Below are positions 52,231 through 62,681 of a DNA stretch of 64,000 bases, piece by piece. Within the stretch, counting starts at the first letter, position 1, and each line of letters starts with the position of its first letter. The stretch spans positions 2,016,001-2,080,000 of the forward strand of contig OY781945.1 of assembly GCA_963677435.1 (NCBI GenBank), given 5' to 3'. The translations under genes were made by a program, and so were the position numbers. Under the pieces are notes generated by a model, which was given only the letters and a program-made list of their open reading frames with translations, was not told the origin of the DNA and ran no database searches. This stretch comes from an uncultured Aliarcobacter sp. GTDB taxonomy: Bacteria; Campylobacterota; Campylobacteria; Campylobacterales; Arcobacteraceae.

Positions 52231-53199
52231 TTATTTCAAATATACCTTTATATTATCAATTTTTTTTGCATCTCTAAACTTATCCAATAACGATGCCAAT
52301 TGAATTACTTCACTATTTTTCATTCTAATACAACCACTAGATTCATTTGTTCCTATTGTACTTTCACTCAAAGTTCCATGTATTCTAAAGGTATTTTTTC
52401 CATCAACAATATGGCTAAGATTTATTTTTGCAGAGCCCATATAATTAAATCTATCTCCAGGAGGAACTACAGAAGGTAAGTCTATTCCTCTTTTTTTAAA
52501 AGCTTCAATTGTATCTTGTGTTGGATACCAAAAAGGATTTAAAGTTATAGAAGTTACACTTCCTTCTCCTGTTGGTTTTTTTATATCTTTTTTTCCAGTT
52601 GAAACAATATAAGTTTGAATATTTCTGATTTTATTATTTAGTTTTCCCTTTAAAAGCATAGAATTTTTTGAAGAATCAACTTCTATTATCAACTGATCAT
52701 ACATTGTAATATTTCGAGTCGGATCTGTTTTTAAAATATTATCGGTAATTCTTTTATTTTTATTTTCACCATTTTTAAGAAAATCAAAAATCTTTAATTC
52801 ATCTAAATATTTCATTCCAAGAGTTGTTTCATCTTCAATTTTCGAGCTTTTATTTATTGAATTCAAATCTATAAAAAGAGGATTTTTACTATTAATTTTT
52901 TTCAAATCGTAAGAGAGTTCTTTTATAAAAGGCTTTTGGCTTTTGATAAAAGTTGATACTTTATTTAAAACATTTTTTGCTTCATTATTACTTTTAAAAG
53001 AACCGTAATATGTTTTAAATTTTTTATCTTTATCTTTTAGAATAAAAACTTCTAACTTACTATCTTTTACTATTTTTCTTTTACACTCCATTGCACCTTT
53101 AAAATCAGAAGTTGTGCAAACAGCAATAGTGTATGTTTTTAAATCTGCACCAATGAGAAACAATTGAAAAAATAGTATATAAAAAAGAGTTCTAATCAT
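52231..53199 (-). CDS. L,D-transpeptidase (YkuD) with SPOR-like N-terminus
   Basis: RIHGT...SSGCIRMKN catalytic motif. Confidence 0.88.
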   Translation of the reverse strand: MIRTLFYILFFQLFLIGADLKTYTIAVCTTSDFKGAMECKRKIVKDSKLEVFILKDKDKKFKTYYGSFKSNNEAKNVLNKVSTFIKSQKPFIKELSYDLKKINSKNPLFIDLNSINKSSKIEDETTLGMKYLDELKIFDFLKNGENKNKRITDNILKTDPTRNITMYDQLIIEVDSSKNSMLLKGKLNNKIRNIQTYIVSTGKKDIKKPTGEGSVTSITLNPFWYPTQDTIEAFKKRGIDLPSVVPPGDRFNYMGSAKINLSHIVDGKNTFRIHGTLSESTIGTNESSGCIRMKNSEVIQLASLLDKFRDAKKIDNIKVYLK

Positions 53200-53206
53200 C
53201 TAAAAA

Positions 53207-53788
53207 CTAAAAAGATTTAACTATTTGTTCTAAACTATTTTTAGAATCTTCTGCTGAAATACCTTCTTCTAAAATATTTAATTTTACTAAACCTTCATCT
53301 ATTTTACTAATGATTCCATCACTATTTAGTTTATAGATAAAATATTTGTTTTGGGTATTGTCTTTTAGAGCTAAACTATTAATAAAAGAACCTTTAGAAT
53401 CATTGATTAAGGGAATTGTTGAATCTTTGTACATCTCTTGAAGTTTTTCATTTACAGCTAGTTCTTTTATAATCCATGGAGTATTTGAAATATTTGCAAT
53501 TAAAACTATATTTTTATTTGTATATTTATATAAATCTTTAAATAAAGCTAAACTATCGTGATTTAAAACTATTATATATTTTTCAACACCTTTTTGAAAA
53601 AGTGTTTCAAATTTTGCATAAGGAGTATTTCCTACAAGTTCAAAATATCTTGGAATATAATCTATATTTAAAACATTTTTGTTTTCATTTACAACTATAT
53701 TATTTGGATTTTTAGGTGCTGTTAAATATACTAAAAGCGCAAAAGCTATAATTCCTAATATCACTATTTTAAAACTATTTTTTATCAT
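53207..53788 (-). CDS. Hypothetical membrane-anchored protein
   Basis: N-terminal TM, 193 aa. Confidence 0.65.
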   Translation of the reverse strand: MIKNSFKIVILGIIAFALLVYLTAPKNPNNIVVNENKNVLNIDYIPRYFELVGNTPYAKFETLFQKGVEKYIIVLNHDSLALFKDLYKYTNKNIVLIANISNTPWIIKELAVNEKLQEMYKDSTIPLINDSKGSFINSLALKDNTQNKYFIYKLNSDGIISKIDEGLVKLNILEEGISAEDSKNSLEQIVKSF

Positions 53789-53810
53789 TTGTTTCCTAAA
53801 TTTTTATTAT

Positions 53811-54965
53811 TTATTTTTGTTTTTTAGCCCATCTTTTAAATAGTCTAAAAGTAGTTATTTCTTCTTCTAATTCATTATTATTGAAGATATTTTCAACTAA
53901 ATTATAAGCTAAATAAGGAGATAAAACAAAACCTCTTCCACCTACTCCATTTAATAGATAAAGATTATCTATCATTTCTAAATTTTCATTTTTAATTTTA
54001 AATCCATTTTTTAAATGAGGATATTTTTCAAAACTTTTTTTAGAATCAACTAATTTCCCAAGCATTGGAAAATAATCAACACTAGAAGCTCTTGCTCCTA
54101 TTTTTACATCCAAAACTCTTACATCATTTAAAAGCTTTATGTCATTTGCTTTTTCCAAAAGCTCTTTTATATCATTTTGTATAATATTTTTCGTATAATC
54201 ATTGTGTTTAATTTCATTGATATTTTTTAACTTTAAGTTGTAACTACTTTCTATTTTTTCATCATCAAATCTATTATGAGTAGCTCCAATAGATACAATA
54301 TTATCTTTTGAAGATTTAGATAATGAACACTCTTTATGGTAATTTATATCTATAGTGGTTGTAGTATAAACATCTATTTTTTGACCCCAAACTGCTCTAA
54401 TATCCAAATATTTTTCTTCTATTAAAGAAACATCAGCTCCTGTTGTTAAAAAAAGATTTTTAGCTTTTAAATCATCATTTATAATCCAATTATCCTCTTT
54501 CTTTTTTATTACTTTTACTTCATAATCAAAAAGTTTTTCAGTTTCATTTGATAATTTTATACAAAGTTCATAGGGTTTTACAGTTGTTCCTATTGGAAAA
54601 AAATATCCATCTTCGTATTTTTTATACTCAAAATCCATATATGGAATATATGTTTGAAATTTATCTTCATCTTCTTGATTTTTTGGAATTCTACATGTTC
54701 CACAATTTATTATTTCTTTTTGAAAATTATCTTTATAAAAAGCCATTGAAAAGTTTAAAGATTTAGTTATTAAATCTTTAAATTTATTTGCTTTCCCCAA
54801 AAGTGGAGACAAAAAAGCTCCAGCTGCTCCACTTGCGCCAAAAGCTACATCTTTATTTTTATCAATCAATAAAACTGATTGTGAATATTTTGATAAAAAA
54901 TGTGCCAAAGAACATCCAGCAATTCCCGCACCAACAATTACATAATCAAACTCTTTTTTATTCAT
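53811..54965 (-). CDS. FAD-dependent oxidoreductase (MnmC C-terminal/DAO-like)
   Basis: VIVGAGIAG, ASGAAG, GARASSVDYFP and GGRGF motifs. Confidence 0.8.
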   Translation of the reverse strand: MNKKEFDYVIVGAGIAGCSLAHFLSKYSQSVLLIDKNKDVAFGASGAAGAFLSPLLGKANKFKDLITKSLNFSMAFYKDNFQKEIINCGTCRIPKNQEDEDKFQTYIPYMDFEYKKYEDGYFFPIGTTVKPYELCIKLSNETEKLFDYEVKVIKKKEDNWIINDDLKAKNLFLTTGADVSLIEEKYLDIRAVWGQKIDVYTTTTIDINYHKECSLSKSSKDNIVSIGATHNRFDDEKIESSYNLKLKNINEIKHNDYTKNIIQNDIKELLEKANDIKLLNDVRVLDVKIGARASSVDYFPMLGKLVDSKKSFEKYPHLKNGFKIKNENLEMIDNLYLLNGVGGRGFVLSPYLAYNLVENIFNNNELEEEITTFRLFKRWAKKQK

Positions 54966-55284
54966 TATTATCCGATTTTTCAAAAAATTGAAGATTTGGT
55001 CTAAAATAACCTCTTCCTCCTTTTAAACTAACACATTTATGTTTTGGGAACTTCTTTTTATAATATTCTAGTCTTTCTTTTGTAGTTTTTCCAGTATCAC
55101 AATAAAATACAAAAACAGTATTTTCTGGTAATTTTTGCATTAAAGGCGGATTATATAGCATTGTTTCAATATTTTCAATAGGTTTTAAAATTGTATCTAT
55201 TAAAATAACTTTGATGCCTTCTTTTTCTAACTCATGTTTATTTTTTAATAACTCTTGTTGTGTCCATTCATCTTTAGAAAACAT
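54958..55284 (-). CDS. Rhodanese-like hypothetical protein
   Basis: FVFYCDTG...SLKGG. Confidence 0.55.
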   Translation of the reverse strand: MFSKDEWTQQELLKNKHELEKEGIKVILIDTILKPIENIETMLYNPPLMQKLPENTVFVFYCDTGKTTKERLEYYKKKFPKHKCVSLKGGRGYFRPNLQFFEKSDNNE

Positions 55285-55399
55285 AAATAATAATTTCCTT
55301 TCACTAAAGTATTATATTAGTATATTCCCTATTAAAAAAAAGTAATTTTTATTAGATTTTAGATAAAATCTTTGCTCAATTGAATAATAGGGAAAATTT

Positions 55400-55771
55400 A
55401 TGAAGATTTTAGTTACAGATGATTCAAAAATGGCAAGAAAAATGGTTATTAAAACATTAAAAGATGTGATAGGTGAAAATGCAGAAATAATCGAAGCTCA
55501 AAATGGACTTGAATCTTTTGATTTATATAAAGAACATTTACCAAAAATAGTTTTTATGGATTTAACTATGCCCATTATGGATGGCTTTGAAGCTCTTGAA
55601 AAGATAAAAGAGTTTGATGAAAATGCAAAAGTTATAATTGTTTCAGCAGATATTCAAAAACTGTCTATGGAAAAAGCTTCAAAATTAGGAGCATTTAACT
55701 TTATAAAAAAACCTATTGATTTAGAAAAAATGCAGCAAATACTTAAAAGAATCAGCGAATTGGATAATTAA
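55400..55771 (+). CDS. Single-domain response regulator (CheY-like)
   Basis: DD, FMDLTMPIMDG and FIKKP motifs. Confidence 0.92.
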   Translation: MKILVTDDSKMARKMVIKTLKDVIGENAEIIEAQNGLESFDLYKEHLPKIVFMDLTMPIMDGFEALEKIKEFDENAKVIIVSADIQKLSMEKASKLGAFNFIKKPIDLEKMQQILKRISELDN

Positions 55772-56388
55772 TGAAAATAGATATTACATTAAATGAAGAT
55801 GAAAAAGATTGTTTACAAGAGTTAATGAATGTAGCGTATGGAAGTGCAACAGCAGCAATTACTGAAATTTTAAATGCTTTTGCAAAACTATCTATTCCCA
55901 AAATACAAATAATAAATGCAAATGAACTTCAAAATTATTTATCTAAAGAGCTAAATTTAGATATTGAACATCTAGTATCTTTACAACAAATAAATGGTGT
56001 TCTTTGTGGTGAAAATATGTTTGTAATAGATAAGCAATCTGCTATAAATATTGCTTATAAATTTGGTCTGGAAGAAGATGAAGTGAATGATGAGGAATTA
56101 GCGGATGTTGTATTAGAAATAACAAATATATTATCTTCATCAACTATTAGTAAATTAGCTGAAGATATTGATACAAATGTCTCTTTTTCTGCACCAACTA
56201 TAAAAACTCTAACATCAATAGATCAATTAAAAAATTTATTCATTTCAAAATATGAAAAGGTTATTATCATTTCTACTCAATTAGAATTTGAAGATTTAGA
56301 TATAAAAGCAGAACTATTTATATTTACAACTGATAACTCTATTTTATATATAAAAGAAAAATTAAATAAAATATTGGATGAATTTTGA
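55771..56388 (+). CDS. CheC-like phosphatase
   Basis: Two ExxN motifs (QELMN, LEITN). Confidence 0.85.
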   Translation: MKIDITLNEDEKDCLQELMNVAYGSATAAITEILNAFAKLSIPKIQIINANELQNYLSKELNLDIEHLVSLQQINGVLCGENMFVIDKQSAINIAYKFGLEEDEVNDEELADVVLEITNILSSSTISKLAEDIDTNVSFSAPTIKTLTSIDQLKNLFISKYEKVIIISTQLEFEDLDIKAELFIFTTDNSILYIKEKLNKILDEF

Positions 56389-57878
56389 TTGAAAATGTAG
56401 ATAAATTTGATGTAATCTGTAATACCGTTGATAATGGAATAATTCTTATTAACAAAGATTTAGAAGTAAAGTTCTGGAATAAATGGCTTGAAATTAGAAC
56501 AGGTATTAATTCAAAAGATATAATAAATAAAAATTTAAAAGATTTTTATCCTCAAATTGAAGATAAAAAGTTAATTAGAAAGATTACAACTGCTTTAAAG
56601 TTAAACTCTTCTACTTTTTATACACCTCAAATTAGTAAATTTTTAATTAATATTGAACTATCAAAAGTTGCAGATAAAGTTTTCAATGAAATGCAACAAA
56701 GTATCACAATTACACCTTATGACATTGAAAAAGACTTAGCAATAATTTATATTTATGATACAACTATTTTGTCTGAAATAAATTATAAATTGCAAGAGAT
56801 AAAAGAACAAGTTGAAGAAAAAAATGAAGAACTAAAACTTTTATTTGATACAACAATGGAAGCAATTATTCTTTTTAAAGATGACAAAATTATAGACTGT
56901 AACCAAGTGGCTCTTGAGTTATGTAATCATAAATCAAAAGAATCTATGATAAATAAAGATATTCATGATTTAAATATCAATAGAAATATTCTTGAAAAAG
57001 TTCATACAAAACCCGTAGAAGTTACAATTACAAGAGAAGATAAATCAACATTTAAAGCCCTTGTTAATATAAAAAACACAACTATAAAATCTCAAAACAT
57101 TAGAATATTAACTATTATTGATATAAGTGAAATAAAAAGAAAAGAGAACCTTTTAGCAGAACAAACAAAAATGGCAGCAATGGGTGAAATGATAGGAAAT
57201 ATTGCACACCAATGGAGACAACCATTAAATATAATTTCAATTACATCATCAAGTACTAAACTAAAAAAAGAGATAGGTTTATTAACTGATTCTATGTTAG
57301 CAGATGCTTTAAAATTAATCTCTGAAACAACTGAACATCTATCTAATACTATTGATGTATTCAAAGATTTTTTAAAAGAAGATAAAGAAAGATCATTATT
57401 TAACTTAACTCAAAATATCAATAATAATATTTCATTGATCGAAACTATACTTAATGAAAATCATATTAGAGTGGATTTAAATCTGGATGATGATATCTAT
57501 CTTTATAACTTTGCAAATGAATTTAGTCAAGCATTAATCAATATTTTACATAATGCAAGTGATGCAATTGCTGCAAAAAAAGCACATGATGAATTACGAC
57601 TTATAAAAATTGTAACGAAACAACTAGAAGATAGTATTCTTATTGAAATATCTGATAATGCAGGTGGAATTGAAAAAGAGATTATAAATAAAATTTTCGA
57701 ACCATATTTTACAACAAAACATAAATTCCAAGGTACAGGTTTAGGATTATATATGACTCACAAAATAATTCAAACAAGTATGAAAGGTAAAATATTTGTT
57801 AGTAATCATAAATTTATTTTTGAAAATCAAGAGTGTGAAGGTGCACTTTTCCAAATATCACTAAAAAACAATACTTGA
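56385..57878 (+). CDS. PAS-domain sensor histidine kinase
   Basis: IAHQWRQPL H-box, NILHNA, DNAGGI, FEPYFTTK and GTGLGL motifs. Confidence 0.93.
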   Translation: MIENVDKFDVICNTVDNGIILINKDLEVKFWNKWLEIRTGINSKDIINKNLKDFYPQIEDKKLIRKITTALKLNSSTFYTPQISKFLINIELSKVADKVFNEMQQSITITPYDIEKDLAIIYIYDTTILSEINYKLQEIKEQVEEKNEELKLLFDTTMEAIILFKDDKIIDCNQVALELCNHKSKESMINKDIHDLNINRNILEKVHTKPVEVTITREDKSTFKALVNIKNTTIKSQNIRILTIIDISEIKRKENLLAEQTKMAAMGEMIGNIAHQWRQPLNIISITSSSTKLKKEIGLLTDSMLADALKLISETTEHLSNTIDVFKDFLKEDKERSLFNLTQNINNNISLIETILNENHIRVDLNLDDDIYLYNFANEFSQALINILHNASDAIAAKKAHDELRLIKIVTKQLEDSILIEISDNAGGIEKEIINKIFEPYFTTKHKFQGTGLGLYMTHKIIQTSMKGKIFVSNHKFIFENQECEGALFQISLKNNT

Positions 57879-57908
57879 TTGACATTGACTCAACCTTTTT
57901 GATATAAT
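57874..57908 (+). promoter_or_regulatory. HAIR-like HspR operator and sigma70 promoter of cbpA-hspR
   Basis: CTTGATT-N7-ACTCAAC (HAIR consensus CTTGAGT-N7-ACTCAAG) at 57874-57894. Extended -10 TGATATAAT at 57900-57908. Confidence 0.75.
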
Positions 57909-57954
57909 GTGTTTTTAAATACAAAAATATATTATACGAATAATAGGATTGAAA

Positions 57955-58815
57955 ATGGCAAAAAGTTTATATGAAACACTTGAAATAAATGAAAACGCAT
58001 CAGCAGATGATATAAAAAAAGCCTACAGAAAATTAGCTAGAAAATATCATCCTGATGTTAATAAAGACCCAAAAGCTGAAGATAAATTCAAAGAAATTAA
58101 TGCAGCATACGAAGTTCTAAGTAATCCAGAAAAAAAACAACAATATGACCAACATGGTGACTCAATGTTTGGTGGACAAAATTTCCATGACTTCGCAAGA
58201 GGTCAGGGATCAAATGTTGATTTAGATGAAATTTTAAGACAAATGTTTGGTGGTGGAGGTGGATTTGGAAGATCTGGCTTCTCTCAAGGTGGATTTGGAG
58301 GGTTTAGTGAACCTGACTTAGATACAAATGCTCAAATTACTATTCCTTTTGATGTTGCAGTTCTTGGAGGAAAACAATTTATTAACATAAATAATGACTC
58401 TTTTGATGTAAAAATTCCAGAAGGAATTGAAGATGGACAAAAAATAAGAGCAAAAGGAAAAGGAAAAGCATATCAAGGACAAAGAGGCGATTTAATTTTA
58501 AAAATTAATGTTGCAACAAGTCCTGATTATGAAAGAACTGGTGATACTTTAGTTAAATCTTTTGATTTACCTTTAAAAACTGCTCTATTTGGTGGAAAAG
58601 TTGAAATTAAAACAATCCACAAAGACATAACATTAAAAGTTCCACAAAATACAAAACAAAATCAAAGATTTAGAGTAAAAGAACTGGGAGTTTTAAATAG
58701 AAAAGCAGGAGTAAAAGGAGATTTATATTTAAAAGCAAATATTGTCTTACCTAAACTTGAAGATTTAGATGAAGATTTGGTAAAAATCTTAGAAGAAAAA
58801 CTTCCTTCTAACTAA
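57955..58815 (+). CDS. cbpA: DnaJ-class co-chaperone CbpA
   Basis: J domain with HPD, G/F-rich region, no Zn finger. Confidence 0.92.
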   Translation: MAKSLYETLEINENASADDIKKAYRKLARKYHPDVNKDPKAEDKFKEINAAYEVLSNPEKKQQYDQHGDSMFGGQNFHDFARGQGSNVDLDEILRQMFGGGGGFGRSGFSQGGFGGFSEPDLDTNAQITIPFDVAVLGGKQFININNDSFDVKIPEGIEDGQKIRAKGKGKAYQGQRGDLILKINVATSPDYERTGDTLVKSFDLPLKTALFGGKVEIKTIHKDITLKVPQNTKQNQRFRVKELGVLNRKAGVKGDLYLKANIVLPKLEDLDEDLVKILEEKLPSN

Positions 58816-58825
58816 AGGTTCACTT

Positions 58826-59215
58826 ATGGAAACAAATAGCTATATTGAACCTGTATATCTTATTTCTGCTGTTGCAGAGATTTTGAATATTCATCCACAA
58901 ACATTAAGACAATATGAGAGAGAGGGCTTAATTAAGCCCTCAAGAACAAATGGAAAAATAAGACTCTATTCTCAAAAAGACATAGACCATATAAAGTATG
59001 TATTAACACTCACTAGAGAACTTGGTGTTAATTTAGCAGGTGTTGATATTATTTTACAATTAAATACAAAAATACAAAATTTGGAAAATGATATTCATAT
59101 CTATAAAACAAAAATAAAAAGTATTAATAATCTCTCAGTTGTTCCTGATACAAAGGCATTAGTGGTTCAAAATAGCTCTTTTGATATGGTAATTATAGAG
59201 AAAACTAAAAAATAA
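58826..59215 (+). CDS. hspR: Heat-shock repressor HspR (MerR family)
   Basis: PVYLISAVAEILNIHPQTLRQYEREGL and GVNLAGV motifs. Confidence 0.95.
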   Translation: METNSYIEPVYLISAVAEILNIHPQTLRQYEREGLIKPSRTNGKIRLYSQKDIDHIKYVLTLTRELGVNLAGVDIILQLNTKIQNLENDIHIYKTKIKSINNLSVVPDTKALVVQNSSFDMVIIEKTKK

Positions 59216-59315
59216 AAGATTCAATATTCGACTCGAAAAAAATAATTAGGAAAGAGATACATATTTTCTTAAAAATTAGATACAATTTCGCAATACTTTT
59301 ATAAGGATACCCAAT

Positions 59316-59519
59316 ATGTTTTCTGTACCAAGTGGAATGGAATTAGGCATTATCGTTTTAGTTATTTTATTGATGTTTGGTGGTAAAAAAATACCTGAAT
59401 TAGCAAAAGGCTTAGGAAGTGGAATTAAAAACTTCAAACAAGCATTAAAAGAAGATGAAGAGACTTTATCTCCAGTTGCAAAAGAGACAAGTACAGATAG
59501 TAAAAGTAACAATGTATAG
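59316..59519 (+). CDS. tatA: Twin-arginine translocase TatA/E
   Basis: [24 protein letters not shown]. Confidence 0.93.
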   Translation: MFSVPSGMELGIIVLVILLMFGGKKIPELAKGLGSGIKNFKQALKEDEETLSPVAKETSTDSKSNNV

Positions 59520-59528
59520 AAGTCTTAA

Positions 59529-59861
59529 ATGAAAAATAAACTATTGAAAATCATCCCTGTAGTATCAATTATCATTTTTTGTTCTTTATCTACATTGGGA
59601 AAAAATGACTTAAAAGCAAGCGATATTACTTTAGAGCAAATAGAAGTAAAACATCTAGCATCTCAAGAAGTTTTAAAGAAAGTCGCTCAACATGAAATAG
59701 AAACAAGCTGGATTAATGCTTCGATTGTTTCAGTTGAAAAAAATAATTTAGAGTCAAAATGGCTTATTATTTTTAAAAATGAAGAGATTACTCAAAAAGA
59801 TAAAAAACTCAATATTTCTATTAATTCAAATGGTGATATTATCGAAAGTAAACTTATCTAA
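59529..59861 (+). CDS. Exported hypothetical protein
   Basis: Signal-peptide-like N-terminus, 110 aa. Confidence 0.6.
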   Translation: MKNKLLKIIPVVSIIIFCSLSTLGKNDLKASDITLEQIEVKHLASQEVLKKVAQHEIETSWINASIVSVEKNNLESKWLIIFKNEEITQKDKKLNISINSNGDIIESKLI

Positions 59862-59909
59862 AACCTTTAAAAGAGTCTAGTTTTTATAGACTAGATTACC
59901 TTTTAAAGC

Positions 59910-60539
59910 TTATTCACTACAAATTTCAATACCCATTCTTAGAAACCCTGTAAATGCAGCATTATCAAATCCTAGTGATTTATCAACTTTTGACTTTATA
60001 GAACTTAATTCTTTTGAATACTCTTTATAAAACTCATAAGATGGTTTTGGTTTATATATTAAGTTTGGTATTTCCAGATATTTAATGATATTTTTTGTTG
60101 TAGTTGGTTTAATAAAAAACTCTTTTTGTCTATTTATACAATAAGGCACTAAAGTAACCAAAGTCCACTTTGCCATGCCAAACTGAGCTAAAAATTCCAC
60201 AAGTCCTTCAAAACCATTTTTCTTATTTCCATACAACAACTCATAAAGTTCAATACTTAACATATCTTTTTCATAAGAACTCAAAGCTTTGATAACATCA
60301 CGAAGTTTTGCCTTGTCAAACAAAGATACCATAACTGATTTCTGAATAGTTTTAAAATATGCTTCTGTTATAAAATGTGGATTTGAAAAGTTCTGTTTTA
60401 AAAAAGCCTCTTTTGCATAAACTTCCAGCTTTTCAGGATTAAACTTTTTTATTATTGGTAGTAATTTTTCATCGTCAAAACCCTTTGGATATAATTCAAA
60501 AAATTCAGCTTCAATGTCTTTTAGTTTTTCAATATTCAT
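59910..60539 (-). CDS. Hypothetical protein
   Basis: 209-aa ORF with a plausible conserved core (KWTLVT...FIKPTTTK). Confidence 0.65.
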   Translation of the reverse strand: MNIEKLKDIEAEFFELYPKGFDDEKLLPIIKKFNPEKLEVYAKEAFLKQNFSNPHFITEAYFKTIQKSVMVSLFDKAKLRDVIKALSSYEKDMLSIELYELLYGNKKNGFEGLVEFLAQFGMAKWTLVTLVPYCINRQKEFFIKPTTTKNIIKYLEIPNLIYKPKPSYEFYKEYSKELSSIKSKVDKSLGFDNAAFTGFLRMGIEICSE

Positions 60540-60559
60540 AGTATTTTTTTCTCTTAATT

Positions 60560-61635
60560 TTAAAAATCTCCCATTAATTTATCATTATCGCTAAAATAAT
60601 CAGTCATATATTCATTTTTAATTTCTAATAAGATTTCAGAAATACGAATAGCATTTTCACTTGATGTGATGATAGTTTGAATTCCAATTTTGTTTAACTG
60701 ATGAATTGCAGAATAAATACCCTCTTCATAACTGTTATTATCTCCATCAAAAGGGCTATCAAAAGCAACAAATTTGATAAGTCTTTTTTGTGCATATGTT
60801 TCAGCTAATGCAGAGGCAAAGATTAAACATAAAAGTTTTTTTATAGTAGGCTCATCTTTTGAATCTTCATTATTTTCAACTTTAAAACTAAACTCTATAT
60901 CATTTGAACTGTTTAAATCAATTAAAAAAGTCACCTCTTTATTTAATATTATTCTTCCATATTTTGCAACACTATATTTCAATCTATCTATAAAACGGCT
61001 GCTAATTAATGTTTTATTTTCTTCAATTACTTTTTCTAAATCACTTTGTGCATTTTTTAAAGTTGTTGTATCAATACCTTCTTTTCTGATTATTTCATCA
61101 AGTTCATATTTTTTTCGAATTTTTCGCCCATCAATACCTAGAAGATTTGAAATAACAGTTTTGTATTCTATTTCATGAAGAGTTGTGTGTTTATTAATAT
61201 AAAGGCATCATTTTGGTTAGATTCATCTCTTAAAAAGTATGTTATATATGTTCTAAATTTATTTATAGAATAATTAACTTTATTTTCAAAAAAAGATTTA
61301 GCAATACCTAAACTGCCTTTTATATTAAAATCTTTTTCATCTAAAAGCAGGGATTTTTCTTTTGTGATTTTTAATTCAATATTTTTACCGCTAGTTGTAG
61401 GTCTTTTAATGGTTATATATCTATTTGCAGCAATTTGAAGTTCTATATAAAAAATATAATCTTTAAAATGCTCGTTCCCAAGAAAATATTTATCACCTAA
61501 CAAACAAAAATCTATTAGTTTAAATAGACTACTTTTCCCAACACCGTTTGTATCTGATAGAATAAAGTTTATACCGTTATCAAATTCTATGGTTTTAAAA
61601 TTATCATTGTTTGAATACAATTTTGATATTTTCAT
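60560..61635 (-). pseudogene. Frameshifted DUF2326/ABC-three-component-type ATPase
   Basis: Walker A GVGKS and LIDFCL lie in 61168-61635. Adding one A at ~61194 fuses this to the downstream frame (..FILNKHTTLHEIEYKTVISNLLGID..FVAFDSPFDG..KLMGDF), giving ~358 aa. Confidence 0.75.
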
Positions 61636-61732
61636 TTAAAATTCCTTATTTATTTTCTTGTTTAGATTTGTAAATAAAAGTTACTTGTCCCCTTTTATCA
61701 ATTATATAGCTATTCAGGAAATTCTTTTATAT

Positions 61733-62641
61733 CTATTTTAAGAAATCAGGGATTGAACCAATTTTAGATTTTTTAATCATTGGTTTTTCAAATATTGCAT
61801 GGAGGATTTCTTTTAATTGTTCTTCATATTGAGAATCTTCTAACATATAAACTGCTATATATTGTCTCATAAAAAGAGGTATACTTTCTTTTGTTGAACC
61901 ACTTCTTAATATAGGTATATATTTTGTATTTCCAACTATATTTTCACAAACTTCACTATTAAGAATTGAATATTCAATTCCAGCTCCACCAGTTCTTCCT
62001 GATGCTTTGTTTTTATATAGTTCAGTAAAAATAATAAGAACTTTATCTGCAGTTTCAATTGACTCTTCCATAAAGTGAGAAAGATTTTTTCCTGCTATTA
62101 ATTCATATCTATCTAAAATAGTCTCAACTCCATTTTTTCTTAAATCATCAGAAAGATTTAAAACCCATTTTTTGTGAAGTTCATTATCCCAAGAATAAGA
62201 GATAAAAACTTTTGGTGGAATATGAGAAATTTGTTTTTCTTCAAAAATATTTTTTTCTACTTTATTATCAAAAAAAATTTCTTTAATTTCTTCTTTTAAT
62301 TTTGCTTGATGTTCTTGTTTAAAAATATCACTAATACTTTTTCTATCGGGTACTGTTTGAACAGAAATAGAAGACTCATTTACTATTTCATTTATTCTTT
62401 GAATTATTTCTTCCCTTATCACTTCATCAAATTCATTTAATATTTCATAGAAAAAAACTTTCCTACTTGTGCTTTTTCCTTGTGAATTTCTTATATCTAT
62501 ATATTGTCTATAATCTGGATAATTATTATCAAATTCTCGAATTACATCTAAAAATCTTGGTCCAGAAAAATAAGCATCACCTTGTTGGTTTATTTTATTA
62601 AATACATCATTAAATTGTCTAACCCAATTCACTTTATTCAT
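61733..62641 (-). CDS. TIR/SEFIR-domain protein with an N-terminal helical domain
   Basis: PKVFISYSWD...WVLNLSDDLRKNGVETILDRY...FMEESI...GGAGIEY. Confidence 0.85.
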   Translation of the reverse strand: MNKVNWVRQFNDVFNKINQQGDAYFSGPRFLDVIREFDNNYPDYRQYIDIRNSQGKSTSRKVFFYEILNEFDEVIREEIIQRINEIVNESSISVQTVPDRKSISDIFKQEHQAKLKEEIKEIFFDNKVEKNIFEEKQISHIPPKVFISYSWDNELHKKWVLNLSDDLRKNGVETILDRYELIAGKNLSHFMEESIETADKVLIIFTELYKNKASGRTGGAGIEYSILNSEVCENIVGNTKYIPILRSGSTKESIPLFMRQYIAVYMLEDSQYEEQLKEILHAIFEKPMIKKSKIGSIPDFLK

Positions 62642-62681
62642 TAAATATCTCTTTATATTAATTTTCTTGATTGAATAATAA

